A stretch of 64,000 nt of DNA. It comes from Butyrivibrio sp. GTDB lineage: Bacteria; Bacillota; Clostridia; Lachnospirales; Lachnospiraceae. Below the pieces are notes generated by a model. The model was not told the origin of the DNA and made no database searches. It worked only from the letters and a program-made list of their open reading frames with translations. The position numbers and the translations under genes were made by a program. The stretch spans positions 4,172 through 68,171 of the forward strand of contig JAGAAO010000024.1 of assembly GCA_017615275.1 (NCBI GenBank). Reading direction: 5' to 3'. How positions within the stretch are numbered: the stretch's first letter is position 1; every line of letters starts with the position of its first letter. Positions 57,472 to 64,000 of the stretch are shown piece after piece.

Positions 57472-59035
57472 TTTCCCTTTCTATTTTATTCATCACAATT
57501 TCATCTTTGTTGTAATAATCACATGTAAAATGATATGCCCAATCATCTGCCGATATATCCGAATGAAACAGTATCTGCGGCTTATATGCATGTTCCTGCA
57601 AAACCGCTGTCTTAACGGACGGATCATGTAATATCTTAAGCCTCTCATCATTCTCAGCCTTATATCCCGCAGCGGTTCCCGTCGCAAGATCATACAGGCA
57701 CGAAGTAGTCGAATAATAGTGATAATCGGGTTTAACGCATAAAATTGAACCATATGCAAATAATAACAGTAATGTCATTATAAACGCAGATGAAGCATTT
57801 GAAAATCTTTCTTCTGCATCATCTGATTTAAGTCCCTTGTTTTCTTCAAGGTACTGCCTTATCCAAACGGTAACATAAAAAATATTGAGAGCCGCAAGGA
57901 TCACAAATTCCATCCACGCAAGTGCGCGTACCCTGCCCGACTCAAAATCTCCGGTTCCAAAATATAACGGAGTAAAATTGGATGAGATCATCGCATACGC
58001 AAACACCGTAAATACAAAAGGATGTCTGAATCTGTATTTGATATTCTTCCCCATCTTCCAAAATATCGGAACAAAAAGAAGAAAGAATAGCAAAGACTCC
58101 CATCTCATCATCTTATTTATAATAACATCAAATGTAGAATATAGCGATCTGAGCACCGAAGCAACAGGTCCCAGATGGGCTGTAGTCTGATCCGATCTCA
58201 CCCAGTTTCCGGGAGCGATCAAAAGAATGCCAAAGCCGATGAGATCAAGTACCGCAGGATAAATAAGAAGATTAAAGCTCTTTTTCATCCTGTCATCCGC
58301 ACCATACAAAGTTATAATGCCCTTCTTCGAAAGTATAATAATAACAATAAGAAGAATCGAACATATCGCAATTTCAAGAGCGGTCATAAAATTGGCTCCG
58401 CCCATGCATACGCCCCAGATGCAAGCCCATATGAACATGCGTCTTCTCTTTTTCTCATCCTCATCGTATACACATCTTATCAGAAGTCCCAGCCAGAAAA
58501 ACGCCATTCCAAAAGTAAACGTATAGTTTATGGCGCCGCTGTACCAGTATATTGCTTCGACTCTTACATCGGAATCTTTTATAAACTGCGTGAGCATGAT
58601 AAGCGTTATCATCGCCGTCGTATTGGTAAGATGCTTATCTGCCTTAAATACTTTTACAAAAAGCGCATTATAAAAATAACACACTCCGAATGTCAGCATT
58701 CCCAGAACAAAAACAGGTCCCAGAAAATAAAACTGTTCCCCATATGCCGCCGGAGAAAGCGTTGTCAATAAAGCCGAGAAAAAATATCCTTCATCTACCT
58801 GATAGATATAACCGACCTTAGCAAAAGCCTGTACTACAGTCAAAAAAACATTGCCGGTTTCCGCAAAGCACCTGTGCGGCCAATTCGGCATTGAAAAATC
58901 ATCCGCGCTCGGAAAGTCGTAAAACGCCATGATCAGCATGGGAATCACGCACAGAATATATGCAACCGTAAAAAAGATACTGAGTCTTTTTGCGGTTATT
59001 TCTTTTTTCAAAATAGGAAGTTTGTATTCAAACAT
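57458..59035 (-). CDS. Polytopic membrane protein, DUF6056-like putative GT-C transferase
   Basis: PSADDFS, YWYSGAINY and IAPGN; paralogue of 29163..30629. Probable ATG at 59035. Confidence 0.65.
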   Translation of the reverse strand: MFEYKLPILKKEITAKRLSIFFTVAYILCVIPMLIMAFYDFPSADDFSMPNWPHRCFAETGNVFLTVVQAFAKVGYIYQVDEGYFFSALLTTLSPAAYGEQFYFLGPVFVLGMLTFGVCYFYNALFVKVFKADKHLTNTTAMITLIMLTQFIKDSDVRVEAIYWYSGAINYTFTFGMAFFWLGLLIRCVYDEDEKKRRRMFIWACIWGVCMGGANFMTALEIAICSILLIVIIILSKKGIITLYGADDRMKKSFNLLIYPAVLDLIGFGILLIAPGNWVRSDQTTAHLGPVASVLRSLYSTFDVIINKMMRWESLLFFLLFVPIFWKMGKNIKYRFRHPFVFTVFAYAMISSNFTPLYFGTGDFESGRVRALAWMEFVILAALNIFYVTVWIRQYLEENKGLKSDDAEERFSNASSAFIMTLLLLFAYGSILCVKPDYHYYSTTSCLYDLATGTAAGYKAENDERLKILHDPSVKTAVLQEHAYKPQILFHSDISADDWAYHFTCDYYNKDEIVMNKIERENDEE

Positions 59036-59049
59036 CTCCTGTATACTCC

Positions 59050-60144
59050 TTAGCCGTAGTACTCCTTGTACCACTTAGCAAAATTCCTAAGTCCGTCTCG
59101 CAAGGGAGTCTTGGGACAGAATCCGAAATCTTCTTTCAGCGCCGTAACATCGGCATAAGTAATCTCTACGTCACCGGGCTGCATGGGAACAAGTTCCGTA
59201 TGAGCCTCAAAATCATAATCTTTGGGAAGAACGCTCGCATCCGTAAGTTCCTGCCTAAGTATATCTACAAAGTCGAGAAGATTTACGGGATCGTTGTTTC
59301 CGATATTGTACACTCTATACTTAACGCCCATCTCGTTCTCATCGGGAGACTTGCCGCAAACAGCGATGATTCCCTTTACAATATCATCTATGTATGTGAA
59401 ATCTCTTTTGCAATTTCCATAGTTAAATATCTTGATGGTCTCGCCCTTTACAAGCTTATTTGTAAAGCCAAAGTACGCCATATCCGGTCTTCCCGCAGGT
59501 CCGTATACCGTAAAAAACCTAAGTCCGGTGGAAGGAATACCGTAAAGCTTGGAATACGCATGTGCAAGAAGCTCATTGGACTTCTTGGTTGCAGCATAAA
59601 GAGATACGGGATTGTCAACCTGATCCTCCACGCTGTAAGGAATCTTCTTGTTACTTCCGTATACGCTTGAACTTGAAGCATATACAAGATGAAGAACTCC
59701 GCTGTAAGAAGCATCTTCCTTGTCATCATACGAATGTCTGCAAGCTTCCAAAATGTTATAAAAACCGATAATATTGGAATCAATGTACGCATCGGGATTG
59801 TCGATCGAATATCTGACACCCGCCTGAGCCGCCAGATTCACAACCACTTCAGGCTTGAATTCTTTAAATGCCTTATCTATAATATCTCTGTCGGAAATGC
59901 TTCCTCTTATGAGTGTAAAGAGCTTCTTATCTCCTCCCGTCAAAGCATCTATATTCTTGAGCCTGTCTTCTTTGATTCCAACATCGTAGTAATCGTTCAT
60001 GTTGTCTATTCCAAGGATAGAGATACCCGTATCCTTGAATCTCTTTATAAGTTCGATCACGAGATTAGAGCCGATAAAACCTGCCGCTCCCGTTACCAAA
60101 ACTCTTTTTCCGCTAAGATCTATGTTACTTTCTAACATCATCAA
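59050..60144 (-). CDS. NAD-dependent epimerase, UDP-glucuronate 4-epimerase-like
   Basis: TGAAGFIG, NLAAQAGVRYS, SSSSVYG, YAATK, RFFTVYGP.GRPDMA and MQPGDV. Confidence 0.88.
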   Translation of the reverse strand: MMMLESNIDLSGKRVLVTGAAGFIGSNLVIELIKRFKDTGISILGIDNMNDYYDVGIKEDRLKNIDALTGGDKKLFTLIRGSISDRDIIDKAFKEFKPEVVVNLAAQAGVRYSIDNPDAYIDSNIIGFYNILEACRHSYDDKEDASYSGVLHLVYASSSSVYGSNKKIPYSVEDQVDNPVSLYAATKKSNELLAHAYSKLYGIPSTGLRFFTVYGPAGRPDMAYFGFTNKLVKGETIKIFNYGNCKRDFTYIDDIVKGIIAVCGKSPDENEMGVKYRVYNIGNNDPVNLLDFVDILRQELTDASVLPKDYDFEAHTELVPMQPGDVEITYADVTALKEDFGFCPKTPLRDGLRNFAKWYKEYYG

Positions 60145-60154
60145 CCTCTTTGTA

Positions 60155-61642
60155 TTATTCCGCGCCTCTTCCGAAGAGTACGACGTAAAATGTCTTAATA
60201 ATTATAGTGAAGTCTTCTGTTAGACTCCAATTATCAATATATTCAAGATCAAGCTTTACCACTTCGTCGAAGTCGCTTATATCACTTCTTCCGCTTATCT
60301 GCCAAAGACCTGTAAGTCCGGGCGTCATGGAAAGCCTTCTTCTGTAATGTTCGTTGTAATTCTTAAATTCCTCTTCCGTCGGAGGTCTTGTTCCAACAAG
60401 ACTCATATCGCCCTTAAGAATATTGAGAAACTGAGGACACTCATCAAGACTTGTCTTTCTGATAAATGCGCCCACTTTTGTAATTCTGGGGTCATCCTTC
60501 ATCTTGAACATAAGTCCGTTCATCTCATTTTGAGCAGCAAGTTCCTTCTTGCGCTCCTCCGCATCAATGTACATAGATCTGAACTTATAGATCTTAAATC
60601 TTCGTCCGTTCTTACCGATTCTTGTCTGTGAGAAAAAAACAGGTCCCGGAGAATCAAGCTTTATCGCTGGCGCAAGGAAAAGAGTAATTATTCCGGTAAT
60701 TATAAGTCCCACAATTCCGCCGACGATATCTATCATTCTCTTTATATAGAGACGCTTGTAGCTGGTTCTGTTCATGGAATAAGTAATAACCGAATAATCA
60801 AGGAAATCGTCAAACTGAGTGTTTGCAAGCCCTATTCCCGGAAGCTCAAGAGTGTAATGAGTAGTAATACCCATCTCTTCAAACCCCTCTATTATATCCT
60901 GCATATCCTTCTGCGGAATATTGGGCGTATTTATGAATACCTCGTCAAAAGGATCTGTTATGAGACGAGCAGTAAGATTATCAATTCCTTCGTGGATATG
61001 TATTCCATCAATGTATTCCGCCTGCTGCAAACTGCTTTCAGATTCCTGCTTTGTGGCATCCTGCTCGGCTTTTGCTTTTTTATTTGTACTACCGACAGCG
61101 TCTGCCGTATACGCTCTTATTATCTTGTATCCAAGATTCCCCGCGCTGCCGTTAAGTTTTTTTATCGTCTGTTCCATCAAGTTTTGCTCAGCAACAACCA
61201 CAACTCTTACAGCGTTACTGTCGCTTGAGATATACTTTCTGAAACCCTTCTTGAAAATGATCCTTGCTATATAAGTAAGCAAAATATCCAAAACTATGAA
61301 AATTCCGATAGCCAATCTCGACTGTCTCTCATTGAGTTTCAAGAAGAAAATCACAACAAAAGACGCCGCGATCATAACCGCCATAAACCTTGCAACCGAC
61401 AGAAATTCCTTAATGTAACCTCTTATAACAAAATCCCTGTTCCAATCGGCAAGAAAAGAATAAATAACACAAAAAAGCAGGAAAACCAAGCATACCAAGT
61501 AAATTTTCATCTTTATCTCGCTATACGTTTCCCTATTATTGTGATACTCGATCCAAATAGCAATCGTGTATGAAATTATGATACATACCATGTCTATTAA
61601 CCACAGCATGTATGTTTGCAATGTTTTGTTTTTATTACTCAT
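60155..61642 (-). CDS. Second priming sugar-1-phosphate transferase (CpsE/EpsE-like)
   Basis: Four N-terminal TM helices; KRMIDI, KFRSM, DDPRIT, SLDE, MSLVGTRPP, PGLTGLWQISGRS and YIDNWS. Confidence 0.92.
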   Translation of the reverse strand: MSNKNKTLQTYMLWLIDMVCIIISYTIAIWIEYHNNRETYSEIKMKIYLVCLVFLLFCVIYSFLADWNRDFVIRGYIKEFLSVARFMAVMIAASFVVIFFLKLNERQSRLAIGIFIVLDILLTYIARIIFKKGFRKYISSDSNAVRVVVVAEQNLMEQTIKKLNGSAGNLGYKIIRAYTADAVGSTNKKAKAEQDATKQESESSLQQAEYIDGIHIHEGIDNLTARLITDPFDEVFINTPNIPQKDMQDIIEGFEEMGITTHYTLELPGIGLANTQFDDFLDYSVITYSMNRTSYKRLYIKRMIDIVGGIVGLIITGIITLFLAPAIKLDSPGPVFFSQTRIGKNGRRFKIYKFRSMYIDAEERKKELAAQNEMNGLMFKMKDDPRITKVGAFIRKTSLDECPQFLNILKGDMSLVGTRPPTEEEFKNYNEHYRRRLSMTPGLTGLWQISGRSDISDFDEVVKLDLEYIDNWSLTEDFTIIIKTFYVVLFGRGAE

Positions 61643-63249
61643 ACTGAACCATTATAGCATGATTTCTTTCGCTTTGCGCCTATGATTTGGCACGCTGAAA
61701 AAGCCATGATTCCGGTCCATGCCCCCACACTCAATATTTTCTTGTGATACTCCATAACCGCTATGGACTCATCGTATCTGTACATCGGATGATCTTCTCC
61801 GCTGTAGTCTATAACAATATCGCCGTTTTTCTTAAAATCCGCGATCTGCTCCTTAGTATAATACCCGGGGTCCATGCCAAAGCTTTCTCCGCTCTCGCTC
61901 TCTTCCCTTGCTCCGTACAACGCCGTCGGCTCTTTGGTCACCGCAACAAAAATGACAGCTGCAACAATTCCAAATGCTACTCCCGCAACAATATGCTTTA
62001 AAATAAGCATTACATAGGCTTTATCTGTAGTAAAATCACGCACTTTTTCAGGCTCTTTTTCCTGCTCATATTTCTCCATAAAGGAATATAATGCAGCTCC
62101 CATGAATACGAAAGTAAAGTTTTTCGCAGAAATGTTATAAAGAAGCGGTTCCCATATTCCCACGAATAACATAGCAAGCATAACCGCCAGCTCTGCCCTC
62201 TTATCTTTTACGATACATCTGTTTATAAAAAATATCGTGAGTACAGACACCACAATAAATGTGATTACTCCAAGTTGTAAAAAGAGATACAGCTGCGCCA
62301 TATCAAGTCCGTAAGTCTTGTACTTTTCAACCGGATTGTTTAACTGCCTTCCAAAAAGAGATATTCCGTTGTTGCTCCAATAATACTTCGCAATCTCAAA
62401 TCTGCTGTTGAACAGAGTTCTGTTTAATAAAAGGAAAAGATTCTCGGGAAGAATAAGTGGAAGCACAATAGCTGTAAATGCCGTCAGTGGAAGCGCAGCA
62501 TAGCTTACTATCTTTTCAAACAATCCAAGGCTTTTCCTAATATAAAGATAGTAATTTACGATAAGATATGCAAAGCAAGCCAGAACTCCCGTCCTGCTGC
62601 CCGAATACTGAAAAATATACAGATTAAATAAAAACGCTGCTAAAGACGCGATCAAAAGAAGGATTTTTCCATTCTCTCTGTCCTTTAAAAAAACAGTTAT
62701 AAGATAAATTGCCATCATGGTAAGCATTATCACGTTCATATGAAGGGTGTTTGGATGTGCATATCCAAGCGCGTGCCTGAACATCACTCCGACACCTTCT
62801 CTATACTGTGGATAGTAGATTTCCGATGTGAATCCGAAAATTCCGATGAATATCTTGATCAATATAAGCGAGCCCGCAATAAGCGCTCCGTATCCTATGA
62901 CCTTCTTGGAACTGACTTTTTTCATCCCAAGCATCATCATAAAATCTAAGATAAGACCTTTTTCGGATCCCGTGTTTATATAAACGAGTCCCGCAAGCAG
63001 CATAAATGCTGCAATAATCACATATTCTTTTACGGTATGCTTTGTCACGAAAAGTTTGCACAAAAATAAGAATGCACATCCTGCAAGCACCGCCATGAAC
63101 AAAGGTATCCGTCCAAATATAAGTACCGTTTCGTCCACTCCGACAGCCCTCGTGCCAACCGCCAGAACAAAGAAAATCAAATATAAAACTTCTCCGATTT
63201 TTTCTCTGTCCGCAAACATTTCCTGCATTCTTATCTTCGAATCTGTCAT
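61639..63249 (-). CDS. Wzy-like polysaccharide polymerase
   Basis: About 12 TM helices; R.ALGYAHPN, SGSRTG, FNSR, LD and QLG pattern of Wzy/ligase-type proteins. Confidence 0.68.
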   Translation of the reverse strand: MTDSKIRMQEMFADREKIGEVLYLIFFVLAVGTRAVGVDETVLIFGRIPLFMAVLAGCAFLFLCKLFVTKHTVKEYVIIAAFMLLAGLVYINTGSEKGLILDFMMMLGMKKVSSKKVIGYGALIAGSLILIKIFIGIFGFTSEIYYPQYREGVGVMFRHALGYAHPNTLHMNVIMLTMMAIYLITVFLKDRENGKILLLIASLAAFLFNLYIFQYSGSRTGVLACFAYLIVNYYLYIRKSLGLFEKIVSYAALPLTAFTAIVLPLILPENLFLLLNRTLFNSRFEIAKYYWSNNGISLFGRQLNNPVEKYKTYGLDMAQLYLFLQLGVITFIVVSVLTIFFINRCIVKDKRAELAVMLAMLFVGIWEPLLYNISAKNFTFVFMGAALYSFMEKYEQEKEPEKVRDFTTDKAYVMLILKHIVAGVAFGIVAAVIFVAVTKEPTALYGAREESESGESFGMDPGYYTKEQIADFKKNGDIVIDYSGEDHPMYRYDESIAVMEYHKKILSVGAWTGIMAFSACQIIGAKRKKSCYNGSV

Positions 63250-63270
63250 GATCTCATCCTTATTATGTCA

Positions 63271-63999
63271 TTATTTTTTCTTGCTCAAATTGTCTTTAAA
63301 TAAATAGCAGATAAATTTGGTGTTCGTCACAAAATAGCGCTTAAACAATCTTCCCGGATCCTGGAAAAGGCGATAAAGCCACTCAAGTCCGACTTTCTGA
63401 ATCCACACGGGTGCTCTCTTTATTGTTCCTCCATGGAAATCAAAGCCTGCTCCTACGCCCATCATGACGCCTTTGACTCTGTCTTTGTGAGCAAGCATCC
63501 ATTTTTCCTGCTTGGGCGCGCCAAGTCCTATCCAGACTATATCCGCTTTTGATGAATTGATCATCTCAACATCCGCCTTGTCTTCTTCCTCGGTGAGAGG
63601 TCTGAACGGCGGAGAATACATTCCCACAATGTTTATTCCGGGATATTTCTTAAGAAGATTTTCCTTGAGCGCATCAAGTGTCTTCTGTGAAGATCCGTAA
63701 AAATAGTGTGCTACACTTCCGTCAGCCGTATCTTTGAACATGTGCTCCATGAAATCAGGTCCCGCAACTCTCTCGGCACCTATGTACCCGCCTTTTTGCT
63801 GGAGCTTGGCTATAGGTGTTCCGTCTGGAAAAGTGAATGCGGAGCTGTTAAGTACTTCCCTGTACTCGGGATTCTCTCTTCCCATCACAGAAGTGTGTAC
63901 ATTTGAAAAACAGATATATTTACCCGATAGTTCTTTTAAATGTGTAAGGACGTGGAATACAGCTTCTTCCGTCCTTGCAACGGCATATTTTATCCCAAA
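63271..63999 (-). CDS. WecB/TagA/CpsF (GT26) glycosyltransferase; 5' end cut by the window edge
   Basis: Frame stays open to the edge (FGIKYAV...YICFSNVH); PDG.P, ERVAGPD, WIGLGAPKQE, GVGAGFDF and RAP.W.Q..GLEWLYRL..DP.R. Confidence 0.93.
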   Translation of the reverse strand, partial: FGIKYAVARTEEAVFHVLTHLKELSGKYICFSNVHTSVMGRENPEYREVLNSSAFTFPDGTPIAKLQQKGGYIGAERVAGPDFMEHMFKDTADGSVAHYFYGSSQKTLDALKENLLKKYPGINIVGMYSPPFRPLTEEEDKADVEMINSSKADIVWIGLGAPKQEKWMLAHKDRVKGVMMGVGAGFDFHGGTIKRAPVWIQKVGLEWLYRLFQDPGRLFKRYFVTNTKFICYLFKDNLSKKK

Positions 64000-64000
64000 C

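Overview
The whole 64 kb is one co-directional, minus-strand cell-surface glycan supercluster of about 50 genes. Gene content and protein style suggest a low-GC Firmicute, probably Lachnospiraceae/Butyrivibrio-like (inference). It holds: (i) an ABC-dependent, probably rhamnose-rich pathway (rmlB-rmlA-orf-rmlC, wzm, wzt with a C-terminal carbohydrate-binding domain, a methyltransferase/kinase-like chain terminator, several GT2s, a priming transferase and an LCP ligase); (ii) Wzx/Wzy-type parts with a second priming transferase and a WecB/TagA enzyme; (iii) a large decoration kit (three GtrB-like polyprenyl-P-sugar synthases, about nine GT-C-like membrane proteins, an SMR/EamA pair, MBOAT plus SGNH acylation genes, IspD/TarI plus LicD, FdtA/FdtB, a radical SAM enzyme and a flavoprotein); (iv) a GH25 muramidase, lipoproteins, uridine kinase and a small alarmone synthetase at the left edge that the ORF track missed. 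No rRNA, tRNA, CRISPR or transposase was recognised. The most unusual signals are the long Asp/Tyr/Arg repeat N-terminal tails shared by three unrelated single-pass envelope enzymes, an Arn-like amino-sugar module, Ala/Ser-rich lipoproteins that may be glycosylation acceptors, and a hairpin-rich segment at 40.1-40.4 kb. All family calls come from reading motifs by eye; no database search was run.
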